Shown piece by piece: positions 36,713-50,091 of a stretch of 64,000 nt of DNA. Below the pieces are notes generated by a model that was given only the letters and a program-made list of their open reading frames with translations, did no database searches and was not told the origin of the DNA. The translations under genes and the position numbers were made by a program. This stretch comes from Hamiltosporidium tvaerminnensis FI-OER-3-3. Taxonomy: Eukaryota; Fungi; Microsporidia. How positions within the stretch are numbered: the stretch's first letter is position 1; the number at the start of each line of letters is the position of its first letter. The stretch lies in the NCBI GenBank assembly GCA_022605425.2, contig JAKIMF020000013.1, forward strand, positions 310,001-374,000, in the 5' to 3' direction.

Positions 36713-36952
36713 ATATCTTATTAATTAGGTTTAATATTTTAAAGATATTTATTAGAAAAGTATAGAAGTATTAATTATTATAAATAAAAATAGTATTAAA
36801 TATTTAAGGATCCATTTCATCTGGTTTTAGAATTAATATATTCAAAAAATTATTTAAAAGGTTTATTTAAATTTGTTTGTACATCATATAACAAAACCTT
36901 AGTTTAAATTAATTTATTTAATGAAAATCTCACTTCAATAAAATTTATAATA

Positions 36953-37126
36953 GGCGGAGAGAGAATAAAAATATTCAAAACTATATACCTGGCAATGTAT
37001 GTACATAATTGTTTGCAATCATTGTTGAGATTTTTGTGGGATATAAACTACTACGGATATATATAGGAAATCCTCTATAATCTTGAGTTTCAACATAAAA
37101 AAAAGAGGAATGGAATAAGTAGGTAA
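36953..37126 (+). repeat. Short family B element, diverged and internally deleted copy
   Basis: GGCGGAGAGAGAATAA..AAAACTAT..CCTGGCAATG head, AATCCT.TATAATCTTGAGTT core and GAATGGAATAAGTAGGTAA tail. Confidence 0.55.
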
Positions 37127-37545
37127 CTAAGAATAATTTTTATAAAACATTGTGATTTAAAATTTTTAATATCTAATTAGTTTAAAGTATTTTTTAAAGG
37201 GATTTTTAATTGCAACTGGAAACCAAGAAAAATATCTTGTTGAATATCAAATGAGTTGGAAAAAAATGATCAGATAGTAAATTTAATTCCTCAAACATTA
37301 ACTTATATTAATTATGAAGTTCAAAAAAATTCGAAATATTTTAAATTATCATTTTTCTTTAAATTCCTGGCACAAAGAAACTTCAAACAATTTTCCAAAT
37401 AGATTTATAACTAATTAGTAGTAAAAGTAATTTGCTTTGTAAACGCACTTTAGAAAATGGAAATAAAAAATCTTTCAATTATATATTTGTCAATATAGAG
37501 AATTAAAAATGGAATCTGTAATCAACCTGAACTATATGTTGTATA

Positions 37546-37800
37546 AATTATCAATAAATATTATTAAGCAAAAAAACTTTATGAGATAGTAATTACTAAT
37601 TAGTAAGGATCAATAAAAAGCGGAGGTGTATTAAACCCTAATTAAAACTCATTTACTAGATCTAAGTTTATTAAATTACCAATAAATATTATTAAGCAAA
37701 AAAACTTTATGAGATAGTAATTACTAATTAGTAAGGATCAATAAAAAGCGGAGGTGTATTAAACCCTAATTAAAACTCATTTACTAGATCTAAGTTAATT
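37546..37800. repeat. ~128-bp direct tandem duplication
   Basis: CAATAAATATTATTAAGCAAAAAAAC...GCGGAGGTGTATTAAACCC...TAGATCTAAGTT occurs twice. Confidence 0.95.
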
Positions 37801-38309
37801 AAATGTAAAATAATTTCTCGATGTATATTTTTTAGCTAGAATTAAGTATTTTAAATTACCTTTTATTTAAGTCAAATTATTTTCTTAAAATACACTTTTG
37901 AACATAAAATATTTTTTTAAAAAATTCAATGGTTTTGTTCTCCTTCAGAAATATAAATTTTAACACAAAAACTGAAGAGAAAATTTAAATCCAAAATATT
38001 TAATAAATATTGGAAACTAAAATGGCTTGTTAGACAGGTAAGTCATAGTAAAAGGGTCACCAATTAAAGAAAAATTATAGTTTAGGAAACTTAAATAAGT
38101 ATGCTCTACAAAAACTAGTAGAATATATAAAAGAATGTATGTATAACAATTTTTTTGCCAGAATTATTTTCTATTAAATATAGTTGCTTTCTTTATTATT
38201 TTATTCCAATGTTGAAGCTTCAAATAGCATATAATTGATTCTTAGGTGTTTGAATTTCTATTCGATTGCAAATAGGATGTTATATTGGTTCAATTAACCA
38301 ACTAAAAAC

Positions 38310-41100
38310 CAAATCCGCGGGCTGCAACTCTTGGAGAGCTCAGATCTCCTTAACCATTCTTCTTCATTATTTCTATTGTGCACCAAGCTTTTCCATTGCA
38401 ATACATTAAGTTTTCTTGGATCCTTTTCTGCCTCATCTAGCCATCTTTTTCTTAGTCTACCTCGTCTTCTCTATCCTTCAGTTGCAGACCTAAGAATTTT
38501 GCCAACAGCTCTTTCAGTCGGCATTCTTCCTACGTGCCCTAGCCATCCGAGTCTTCACTGTTTCATAATGATGACAAAACTTAGTTCTTCACAAAGCGCG
38601 TATATTTTTGGATATTTTTTTAATTCTAAATTTTTTACTTGCGAATATTGAGCCGTAAATTCTTCCCAATATCTTTCATTCCCATATGTCTAGCAGAACC
38701 TCGTCTCTTTTTGTCATAACCAGTGTTTCGGAAGCGTTAAGTACAAAAGGTCTAATAATCGTCCTATATATTTACCTTTTCGTATTTCGATTTAGCAGAT
38801 TTGACTTCAGTTAGAGTCGCAGAGCAAACTAGGTCTTGTTGGCCGCTTTTAATATTTCTTTGATCACAAGAGCATTTATTTCATCACGTTCAGAAGGATT
38901 CTATATAGTTAAAGCTCAGTACTCTTTCAAATATCTACGAACCAATTTTAAAAGAGTTCCTCGGATATTCATGGATTGAGGACATGTCCATATATTTTGG
39001 TTTCCTTTCATTTATTTTCAGTCCTGCTTTTCATGATTCCGCTGCTAATATTCTTAAAGTTGATTCTATCTTCTTGTTTTCTTCCCACGATGACCAGATC
39101 ATCTGTATATGCTATGTATTGTGGAATTCCATTAAATATTATACTATCAATCTTCTTCGCTACCTTTCGGATTATTCCCTCTAGTCTTAGATTGAACAGT
39201 CGCAAAGATATGTTTCACCTTGTCTTCCCATATTAATGCTAAAATCACTTGATATATTACCTGTTAACAATACCTTTCTCTTGTTTGCATCAGTGTCATT
39301 TTTATTAAACGAATAATTTTGATAAGAATTTTATAATTTCTGAGTGTGCTATAAAATTTCTCGATCATTGCTGCCATATGCTTGCTTTTAGTCAAGAAAA
39401 AGATGATTTGTTGTGATTTTGTATTCATAGCCTGCTTCAAGCATCATTCTTATAGCAAATATTTGATCGTTTGTTGATCGGCCTCTTCTTAATCCATATT
39501 GATAATCCCCAAGAGCGCTTTCTGAGTTTAGCTCTCATATTTTTCAAATTATCTTTATGAGAATTTTGTATCAAATATTCAGAAGAGATATTCCCCTCTA
39601 GTTAGAGCCTCGTGTTTTTTATCCTTTTTATGAACTGGAAGTATCATACCAATATTCCATTCAATAAGTATCTTTTCCTAGATCTATGTTTTTTTTGATT
39701 AAGTTATGAAAGTTGTTGATTAAGGAATCTTCTTCATTTTTAAAAGTTCGGCTGTGAGCTTGTCTTCACCAGGCGCATTATTTTTCTTTAGACTTATTAT
39801 ACCATCTATTGTCTCTCCCAATAATGGCTCTGGAACAGTCGTTTCTCCACCTTCAATGAGATTATTATTTTCTTCAATAAATTTTTTCTCTTATTATATT
39901 TTCTGCTTCTCATTTCATTTTAGAATAAAGATGCTTTTAAAATATTTAGCTCATCTAGTTAGAACTTTTTTTGGGTCTGTAAGCTAAAAAAGTCAGTAAC
40001 TTCTACTATCATATTTAGGGCTTGATAACGTTTTCTATAATTCTTTATATTTTTCGTACATTTTCGAAGTTTTTTTCAGCCTTTTTTTCTATGTCAGAAC
40101 TTAATATCTCCTATGCATTTTCTCTTTTTTCTTAACATATCTGATGCTTTGGTTCTTGCGCGCTGTTTTCAACTTTTTCTTGTAGAGCTTTTAATCTAGC
40201 CAAATTTCGATCCTTAATTACATCCACGGATTCTTGATCATACCGGGTGTCTTTCTTTTCGTATTTTTATCATCCCGATAATACATCTACTGAATTTTTA
40301 ATTGATTCTTTAATGCGAATCGAATGTTTAGCTACCTCATCTGGTAATTCCCATGTATCTTTGCTTAGGCTTGTGTCATTTTATAGGCAAATTTTTCCCT
40401 GCTATAGATTTCATGCAATTTAGCACAATAGTATCTTTGTTATTTGAATTCTTGATTGTTTTGAGTTTCTATGCGCTGTTTATATTATGAATTACAGGAA
40501 ATGATCACTATCTATGTAACCCCTCTGAAACTGCGCACATCAAAAACACTTGATGCATGTCTAGAATAAATAAGTACATAGTCAATTTGGTTATACTTCT
40601 CTGCATCTGGTGAGCGCCAGGTATATTTGTGTATTCTCTATTGCAAAAAAAAGCTGCTGAAAGCAGGCATATTTTTGCTTACATGAAAATCATTCGTCTA
40701 ACTGCAATATTATTAGATTCTAAGGGAATTCTATCTCTTCTTATTGTGATTCGGTAATATGCTTCTGTATATATTTTAGCATTAAGGTCGCCTATAACAA
40801 TTTTTATCTTATATCGAGGGGATTTGTCATATATATCTTATAACCTATCATGAAATCTGTCTTCATCATTTCGTTTGCATCTTCTATTGGAACATGTACC
40901 CATATCAATGTAGTGTTAAATAGTCGACTTTTTACCCTAATTGAACATAGTTGTTTGTCCTAAGGCCTATAATTCAAAACCCTGTTCAATATATTGTTTT
41001 TCACCGCAAAATCAGCTCCAAAAATATGATTTGTATTTCAACTGTATAAAAACACGATAAAATTGGTTCAATTATATAGTTAATTTATCTAGCAGGATAT
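38310..41100 (-). mobile_element. Degenerate RTE-clade LINE (APE endonuclease and RT), many stops and frameshifts
   Basis: Minus-strand remnants include the APE motifs [29 protein letters not shown] and IDSDH, and the RT motifs APGED, QYGLRRGRSTNDQIF and IAYTDDLV. The C-terminus has WLGHVGRM and RRRGRLRKRWLD, followed by an RTE-type 3' end. Confidence 0.9.
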
Positions 41101-41912
41101 ATCAAACCTCGTTGTCATCAGATTAGATTTTAAGTGTAAAATGAATTTTTGAAATAACTAATAAAATTAAATTACAAATTATAGCTAAGAAGTAAAAATT
41201 TAAACCTACTTTGCCATTAAAAAGAAAAAAGCATTTATATTTCGTATGATGGACACCAAAACTGCGAAAATTTTAGAATTCTAGAATATTTTATTTCCTT
41301 TCTTGGAACTCTTAATTATTTAAATTTCTAAGATAAAAAATATGTATGTTCGACCTAAAATATGGCAAATATTATGTTGTAAAATAGGTTTTGCGAACAG
41401 AAAAATCTGAACAGGCAGAAAATTTCTGTACTCGAAACATACTTTCATTCTTACAATCTAGTTTAGATTTTATATTTTAATTCCTTATTTTCAATGTTTA
41501 TTCATACAATGAAATTTAGATTGTAAAATTCTATTGTTTAGTTTTGATGAAATAAATATCTATATTTTTTTAACTATTTCTTCTCTCTCTAAAAGCACTA
41601 AAAATATTTTATCTGGCAAATATTTATATATTTTATAGCAACAAATATTTTTTTACATTGCTTTCTCAATATATGTTTTTCCATAAATTTTAATTTTTGT
41701 TTGCGATACAAACTCATTAGTAGAGCCACACTTACGAACTTAATATCAAATTAATCAAATTACAATAAATTGAATTTTTTTTAATTATTTAAGTTATTTT
41801 TTTAATTGATAAATTGGAAAAAAATTGCCTAAAATAGAATACAGTTTTCCTAATATATTCTTTTAAAAATTATTGCATTTAAAACAGTAATAAACGAAGG
41901 GTACCTTTTAAT

Positions 41913-43235
41913 ATGAGAAAGTATTCCATATATTATTTTGTGCATCATTTTATTTTGCATTTTATGACAAATTTGTCATGTTTGGGTGAAAACTGCACCA
42001 TTGACTTTCCGAAAGAAATCGTTTCTTGCAATTTAGAGCAAAAGTATACATACATATTCTCAGAAAAAATAGCTAAGAGAACTTATAGTGAAGTTCTAAT
42101 GTACATATGTACGAATACAAACCAAAAAGTTGCCATTAAAGTAAAATTCAGCGCCAATACAAAGGATTCGAAAGAAAATATTGCTTTAAAATCAATGAAT
42201 CATCCAAATATAGTAAAATATATTGATTTTTTGGTTATTGGTGAATATGAATGCATTATAATGGAATATGTTCCTTATACATTAATAAAATACTTGAACA
42301 AAAATGAATTCAATTTTATGAATCTAAAAATCATTCTAAAACAAATATTAGATGCTATGAAATATTTAGAATATATACAAGTTATTCATATTGATATTAA
42401 ACCTAACAATATCTTACTTGATGAAAATTTAAATGTTAAACTTATAGACTTTGGTATATGTTGTACTATCCAGGACGAAAGTTTAAATTTTTCTATTGAT
42501 TCTGATCTCGATACTGCCTTAAAAGAGTTTCCACAAATAGCACCCGAAATTTTATCTGGTGATTTTTTTGATAACAGTGCGGATATTTATAGTTTTGGTT
42601 ATGTCTGTTTTTTTATTCAAAAAAAATTTATAAAAAATGTTCTTTGTGATGAAAAAAATAAAAAATCCAACGATTTACTGTCTAATTTAATATATAATTC
42701 ATATTGCTCATTCCGAACAAATAGATCCTCCATCACAGGTCTTATTTTCCATCAGTTTTTTGATGAACTATATGAATCTTTAGAATGTTTTTGTAATTTT
42801 GATAATATGAAACCTAACATGGGAGATATAGAAATTTGGCCATACGATGGAAAAATTCATATTAAAAAAGACAATATTGAATTCACGCTTTATTGTTCAT
42901 GTCATGACAAATTAGATTTAGATAGGAATTTAGAATATATTAGGATTCAAAAAACATATCTTTCAACCTTTTCTTTCTACAATACTACCAATATAAATAT
43001 AAATAAATTTTCTGTCAAAATTAGAAAAATTTTATTGCATATAAAGTTTCTTTATAAAGAAGATCTTTTGCATATTATAAAGGCATTTGAATTAATCAAA
43101 AAAAGCAGAAGCGGATTATCGGATAATCAAATGAGATCAGAATATAATCAAAGTGTAGTAGAAGAGAATAGAGTGGGATCAGAAAACAAATGCAGTTATT
43201 GGTTAAGGGGTTTAATTAGAAGTTTATGCGGTTGA
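41913..43235 (+). CDS. Signal-peptide Ser/Thr protein kinase, paralog 1 (Gly-rich loop lost)
   Basis: VAIK, HPNIVK, HIDIKPNN, DFG, APE and DIYSFG motifs; hydrophobic N-terminus ending LSC. The P-loop reads IAKRTYSEV. Confidence 0.9.
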   Translation: MRKYSIYYFVHHFILHFMTNLSCLGENCTIDFPKEIVSCNLEQKYTYIFSEKIAKRTYSEVLMYICTNTNQKVAIKVKFSANTKDSKENIALKSMNHPNIVKYIDFLVIGEYECIIMEYVPYTLIKYLNKNEFNFMNLKIILKQILDAMKYLEYIQVIHIDIKPNNILLDENLNVKLIDFGICCTIQDESLNFSIDSDLDTALKEFPQIAPEILSGDFFDNSADIYSFGYVCFFIQKKFIKNVLCDEKNKKSNDLLSNLIYNSYCSFRTNRSSITGLIFHQFFDELYESLECFCNFDNMKPNMGDIEIWPYDGKIHIKKDNIEFTLYCSCHDKLDLDRNLEYIRIQKTYLSTFSFYNTTNININKFSVKIRKILLHIKFLYKEDLLHIIKAFELIKKSRSGLSDNQMRSEYNQSVVEENRVGSENKCSYWLRGLIRSLCG

Positions 43236-46219
43236 TTTACTTGATATATCAAAAAATTAAATTTTGATGGATTTGAATTTATTATTGATTTTTTTGAACT
43301 TACAATTTAAGTTTATTTTTAAAAATTTTTTAAGTATTTTCATAAAAACTACCTAAATAAATACATATTTCAGTATTTCAATTCAAAAAACAAGTTAATC
43401 TGATAATTTTCAATTTTAGAATTGAATACAAATTAAATTCTTCTTTTTCACTCATAACTTAATTAAATAAATATAATTATCCAGTCATTTTTTTATGAAA
43501 TAAAATGCATACAATGATAAAAATAGAAGTTTGAAGTTTGATTGTATATATTATATTTTGTAATGAATACATTTTTTAATAAAAAAATACACCGCGAGAT
43601 TTAAAATTTTTTCAAGTATCTTAAAAACATAAAAATTGTTTATTACGGAAAATGAGTTCCCAGCAATTTTTATCCGTTTAGATAAATCGAATAATCAATA
43701 ATTACGTTGACTCTGTTTTTAAAATAGTCGAGGCAGTATTAATTTAAATTATTCCATATTTTTTTGCTCTTTAAATGTTTTTACTCATTCTTAAATGTTA
43801 TTAGATTCTCTCATTCTTCATATTTTTTCTAATACATAATAACAATGTCTTCGATATAATTATTTTTGACCTTGTGCTACAATAATTTACTTGAATTACA
43901 GATAATAAGGAATAAAGCAGGATTTTTTTAATTTATCATAATCTAGAAAAATGTAATATAATTTTACTTGCTCTATATGATTGAAAATTATACCCGCTTT
44001 ACCAAAATGATAGCAAGAAATGGAAAAATAATGTTATATTGTCATTTATTAACCAATACATTACTTTACGTACCAAAATAGTCATTAATAGACAGAAAAG
44101 AGGCACTTATGACACAAACATATGGAAAATAAAAGATTATCACGATAAAACCAGAAGAAAAGATCTCACAGATGGAAATTTAAAAAACGGAAGTAATATA
44201 TCTAAAAAATTTAATAGAATTAAAAAAGAAAGGATAACATATTTCATATTAGGACAAACCTAGCATCTAAACCTATTAAACGAAAGAAAATCTACTAAAA
44301 TCAAGATGAATCAAAATTAAAGCAAAAAGATTCCAAGCGAAAAAATCTAATCAGGAAAGACTCGTAAATCAATTTGAAAATATATATGATAAAGATAAAA
44401 TTCTGACTTCTAAGGCGTAGAAATTAAGAAGACATAATACGCGGAATATAACAACAAGAAGGCTGAAAATTCGAATAGCAGATAAAATATGCAAGAAAAC
44501 ACTAAAAATATACAACATAGATACATTTAAGAAAACTTTTACCGTTCTTCAATAAAATAAAAGACCACGTCATAATAATCTAACCGAATCTGCCGCAGTG
44601 GTTGACCAATTTTTTTGATAAAGAAAGAAATTATCTAAAATTTTAACTATATGCTGTACCCAAGGATCGATAGAACAACAAAAATTTAAATAAATGAAAT
44701 GTTTAAAAAAATTATATGAACAATGAAGGTGCATATTCTGATCAATATTTAAAAATCATGAGAATAGAAGATTCCTACTTTTTTTTATCAATTAATCCAC
44801 ACAAACAAATTCTGCGCCCATTGATCCCATTTATTTTGCTATTCATGTTGTGCCTTCTCTTTCAGGTAGCACACCATATGGAAAAGATAGTAGACAAAAA
44901 TCATCACTTTTTAAATTTATAAAGAATAATAGAGAATCAATGTTTTCATTAGGAATAATGAAAAAAATATCACGGGGTATAATAGAAAAGTATTTTGCGA
45001 GGCTTTTTTTATGAGGTATGCCGTCAAAAATTTGGCGAATAAATTACTTTCTATAGGATAATAAATTCAAACAGCAAATTTTACAATATAGCGGCCCATT
45101 CAAGGAGATTAATGTGGGTTTTATGAAAAGTAATTATGGAATTTGATGGAGAGACGATAAAAACTGGTATTGAGAAGAGTTACTCATACACCTTAGATTT
45201 TATGTGTGTTACATTCTAAGAATAAGCCCAATGTAATAAACTTGCCAAAAAACGAATCTTTATGTTTGAATCGTTTTTTTTAATGAAGAATCCGAACTGG
45301 CTTTACATTTTAACTTCATGGTTTAAAAGAACGAGCATAAGCTCGCTCAAAATTTTACTTTGCAACAATATATTTCACATTAATTAGAATTAGGTGATAT
45401 TTTCATCTACTATTCGAGTATCATAGATCTCTCAGGAATATATTGTGGTCGAGAATCATGAAACCTGATCCAATGATTTAAGCCAAGGTTTTTAAAGCTA
45501 TTTAGTTGATGATTAATATTGACTCTTATAAAAGGCTGAAAGGCTTATTACTCATTAGATTTTATACCACCGTACTGAAAATATTTTTGTAGATGTTTAG
45601 TACGAATACTTTTTAATCAAATGGCAATTGTTGTATGAAGATGATCAAAAAAATGGAAATAACTTAAAAATATATTTAATAAGCCCTAACAAATTTGTTA
45701 CCGGGTTTTATGTGAAGCGTTCTATCAAATATTTAATCACCTTCGTAAATTGTCTCGACGCTTTATCTCTGCTATCGCAACTACCTATTATGTGTTATTC
45801 GTCTTTTTTTTTTCAAATTTATTTTACTCTTGGTGCAGGACTATAACATATTTTTAAACCTGACAAAAATTTCAATTAATCTTTAGATCTTCCATATAGG
45901 TTCTATCATGGGATACAATGGGTCCAATCTCTAGATTTACTCTGTTATATAACACCCTCTTAGTTCATGCATCACATTGTTAATGAGTTTATATCCTGCA
46001 TATGTCTCTTGGCCTTTTTTCTAAAATCTAGTGGTATATATTTTTTACTATCCTCAAAATTTGGTCTCTATCAAAGTCTTTTTTTGATTCAAAAAACAGG
46101 TTTAATATTTAATGTAAATTTAATTTAATTAATTAAAAAACATTATTATCTTTTAAAAGAAGCCCGATTAAATATATTCTTAATTAAGAAATATATACAG
46201 AAAACGCTGTTTTTTATAT

Positions 46220-47650
46220 ATGGGCAGAAGTTTTGCATATTGTTTTGTGCAGGTTTTTATTTTTTATTATGTGAAAAATTTGTCGTGCTCGGATACGAAT
46301 TGTACCAATAACCTTTTAGAATCAATCGTTTCATCTAACCTAGGTCAAAAAAATACGTATCAATTCGTACAAAAAATAGGTGAAGGTAGCCACGGTGAGG
46401 TTTTTATGTACAAGAGTGCATATACTAACCAAAAAGTTGCTATTAAAGTACAAATAAAAACCTGTAGGTTGGATTCTCAAGAAATTCCTGTTTTAAAAAT
46501 AATGAATCATCCGAATATAGTAAAATATATTGATTCTTTGGTTATTGGTGAATATGAATGCATTATAATGGAATATGTTCCTTATACATTAATAAAATAC
46601 TTAAACAAAAATGAATTCAATTTTATGAATCTAAAAATAATTCTAAAACAAATATTAGATGCTATGAAATATTTAGAATATATACAAGTTATTCATATTG
46701 ATATTAAACCTAACAATATCTTACTTGATGAAAATTTAAATGTTAAACTTATAGACTTTGGTATATGTTGTACTATCCAGGACAAAAGTTTAAATTTTTC
46801 TATGGATTCTGATCTCGATACTGCCTTAAAAGAGTTTCCCCAAATAGCACCCGAAATTTTATCTGATGATTTTTTTGATAACAGTGCGGATATTTATAGT
46901 TTCGGTTATGTTTGCTCGTTTATTCAAGAAAGATTTATAAAAAATTTCGACTTTGCGGAAAAAAATGTGAGAAACTCAAATGTTTTATTCTCGAATTTGA
47001 TTGATATTTCATTTAAAAAGTCACCTGTCGAAAGATCCTCCATCCGTGCTCTTATTTTCCATCCGTTTTTTGATGAACTATATGAATTTTTAGAATGTTT
47101 TTGTAATTTTGATAATATAAAACTTAGCGCTGAAGCTATGAAAATCGAAATAAATGACGGGAAAATCTATATCAAGAAAGAAAATATTGAGTACACGCTC
47201 TATTGTTTGTGTCATGTCAAATCAAAAACATTATATAGCATTTTTAAATCAAAAAATGCTGAAGCACTAGATGTATCAACCAATCCTGATTATAAAACTG
47301 ATGATTCAAATACCAATAAATTTGCTGTCAAAAAAGAATCAAACATTTTACCAATACAATTCCTAAATAAAGAAGAACTTCTTATGATTAAATCCGTTTT
47401 CGAGTTAATAAAGAAAAATGCCAAGAAATTGCAAATAAATTCAAATCCATTAGATGAAAACCGAATAGACTCATATGAGGATCAAATAAAAAAAAGAGAA
47501 CATGAAATAGAATCAAGTAAAGATAAACTATTGGCACATGAAAATCAAACGGCACAGGATTTAAATCGAAACGAATCAAATAATATTTATTTTTGGAGGT
47601 TACGGCGTATCCTACGAAGAGTTTTGAATTTTTGTTCCGGATCTAATTAA
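46220..47650 (+). CDS. Signal-peptide Ser/Thr protein kinase, paralog 2
   Basis: IGEGSHGEV P-loop, VAIK, HIDIKPNN, DFG and APE motifs; hydrophobic N-terminus ending LSC-S. Confidence 0.92.
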   Translation: MGRSFAYCFVQVFIFYYVKNLSCSDTNCTNNLLESIVSSNLGQKNTYQFVQKIGEGSHGEVFMYKSAYTNQKVAIKVQIKTCRLDSQEIPVLKIMNHPNIVKYIDSLVIGEYECIIMEYVPYTLIKYLNKNEFNFMNLKIILKQILDAMKYLEYIQVIHIDIKPNNILLDENLNVKLIDFGICCTIQDKSLNFSMDSDLDTALKEFPQIAPEILSDDFFDNSADIYSFGYVCSFIQERFIKNFDFAEKNVRNSNVLFSNLIDISFKKSPVERSSIRALIFHPFFDELYEFLECFCNFDNIKLSAEAMKIEINDGKIYIKKENIEYTLYCLCHVKSKTLYSIFKSKNAEALDVSTNPDYKTDDSNTNKFAVKKESNILPIQFLNKEELLMIKSVFELIKKNAKKLQINSNPLDENRIDSYEDQIKKREHEIESSKDKLLAHENQTAQDLNRNESNNIYFWRLRRILRRVLNFCSGSN

Positions 47651-49368
47651 AGAAATAAAATTTTATTGTTTTCTACTTTTTAACTTATTCTATTCAATCC
47701 TTTCATTAAAGGATTATTTATTATTAAGATTTTTTTAAGAAAGATATATAATTGGTTAATGTTCTAATATCTTTGAAATGAAAGATTTAAATCAACCAAT
47801 CATTCAAACAAATAAAATAACCAATTAAATGAATATTCCTTAGCTTAAAATATATAGAATATTTCTAACCCGATAAATTCTTTCTTTAAAACAAATTTTT
47901 ATATAGACTCACCATTTTACTTCATGAATCAATTCAAAAATTAAGATTACCAATCCTTTTTTATTGTCTATTAATATCTAAATTATGACTGATAATTTTA
48001 TCGGAAATTATATTTTTTTTACAAAGTATATTTTTCGCTAAAATAAATAGAATACTTCTTTTTTTTCTAAAATATACCAATAATATTTAAGAAAATAGAA
48101 ATATGTTTGATTTGTCAATAGATATTTAGATATGCAAGAACATCCAATGAAAACCCGAAAAAAACGATCTAAAATTAATATTACCAAAATTTTCGAAATA
48201 TATTTCTTGTTGTATTTTTAGCTTATTTTTGTGTTGATATGACATAAATATTACATATTTGAAGAAAAAACCATTTTTATTTTCTTTTTGAAATACTATA
48301 TTTTCCGTGAATTTCTAATTATTTCATTAGAATTTGTATATTTAATAAAAATTAAAAGTTTGAAAGAATTTAAGCAAAATTAATGTGTTTATTTGAGGTC
48401 GTAAAATGGTCGTTAAAAAGATATTTATAATTTATTTTTGAGAAGATTCTTGGGTATTACACCAAAAAAGAGGAGGTAAATTAAAACAGTTCTCTTCTTT
48501 CTATAAACAAAACACAATAAAGTAAATATTTGGTTGAAAGTTTAGTTTTGAACATTAAAATTCTTTTTTATTATTTAATGAGTTAATATTTTACATAAAG
48601 TAACATGTATTCTATAGATAAGAGAACCATGGATTATCATAGGATCTAATTGGGATATAAAAAATCGCGCATCACATATAAATATATTTTTTGTAGATTT
48701 AATTCTATTTTTAATTAAAAAAAACGTAATACCATGAGTAAAATTAACGTATAATAAAGATATTTTTAAATCCAACATTGGATGAAATTTCAATTACAAA
48801 AAGTATTAAAATAAAATATAATTTACACAGCTTCTTATGCTTAAAAAATACAACCGAATATCAAAAAATAGTGATAAAAATACAAAAATATTTTTTAACA
48901 TATCAAATGAGTTCCTTCATTCAAGTCGTATATACTTAATACAAGATTTTTCGCTTCAAAAAGTTGTAAAAACACATCATTATTATAAATATATGAATAA
49001 CCAATGTATTTGTTAATTTCCTGTTGTAAAAAAATATTTTAATGTTATATTTATTTAATATCTAACTTTTTATTAAAACGCTTTTTTTGAAATTCAAATC
49101 AGACTTAATCCAAAAAAATTCGATTAAACACAACCAATCATTTTTGTTTTCATCTCCTAATTGAAAAAATTCAACAAAGGAGTATATTGGTTACTATAAA
49201 TGGAAAATCAAAAATTTTCAAAAAATTAACTAATAATTTTATTCATATAAAAATGTTTAAATCAGATTCAAAATTAAATGTCATCTATCTAAATATATGA
49301 TTTAATTAAACGATAATATTGGTTGCAATAAATTTAAAAACTATAAATAAATACCAAATTTGGTAAAT

Positions 49369-50091
49369 ATGCCAGAAGAAAATAGCAATTGTAGTAAATG
49401 CTCAACCAGGATGTCTTTATTAGCTTCTATATTAAGCATTATAATAAGTTTGACTTTATTTAGTATAACGGATTTGTTTGGAGACTGTAGTGTCATTTGG
49501 TTGTGGTATTTTGTATTCCCCATTGGAATCCTACTCATCGCTCACGCAGTTTGTCTATTTATACGAGTAGAAAAAATTCACATTGTACATATATTTATTA
49601 CTATTTGTGTACTGATTCTTGCGATTCTATCTTTCTTCTTTAGAACTACAAAAGAAACCTTTTATTCCGAAACATCTCTCACTCTAGATGATCTTTCAAA
49701 CGATTTCAAGGGCTTTAAACAAGAATCTACCATTTATCTTATTGTGAGCGGTGAACCAGTCAGTGATACTGATACCAAAGCAACAATAAAAAAAGATGAA
49801 ATTAAAAAAGTGATTAAAAAGATGTACGAGGATTTGGTAAAAACTGGAAAAGAAAAAAATAACGTAATAATGCATCAAGCATTCGAAGATCCTTCAGTTA
49901 TCAAGAATAAAGGAGATGCAACATTGATATTAGACCTAATAAATTCTTTGAAATTTACAAGAATAAAAAAAGGCGGAATAATTTCGATCTGTGCGAATGG
50001 TGTGCCACAAATGATTAAAGATAAGAAACAAGGCCAAGATTATGATAAACTAAAGAATATTATTGAAGAAAAAATTAAAAAGAAAAAGTAG
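49369..50091 (+). CDS. Hypothetical membrane protein (3 N-terminal TM helices and a soluble C-terminal domain)
   Basis: Hydrophobic segments LLASILSIIISLTLFSI, VIWLWYFVFPIGILLIAHAVCLFI and IVHIFITICVLILAILSFFF. First ATG at 49369. Confidence 0.8.
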   Translation: MPEENSNCSKCSTRMSLLASILSIIISLTLFSITDLFGDCSVIWLWYFVFPIGILLIAHAVCLFIRVEKIHIVHIFITICVLILAILSFFFRTTKETFYSETSLTLDDLSNDFKGFKQESTIYLIVSGEPVSDTDTKATIKKDEIKKVIKKMYEDLVKTGKEKNNVIMHQAFEDPSVIKNKGDATLILDLINSLKFTRIKKGGIISICANGVPQMIKDKKQGQDYDKLKNIIEEKIKKKK

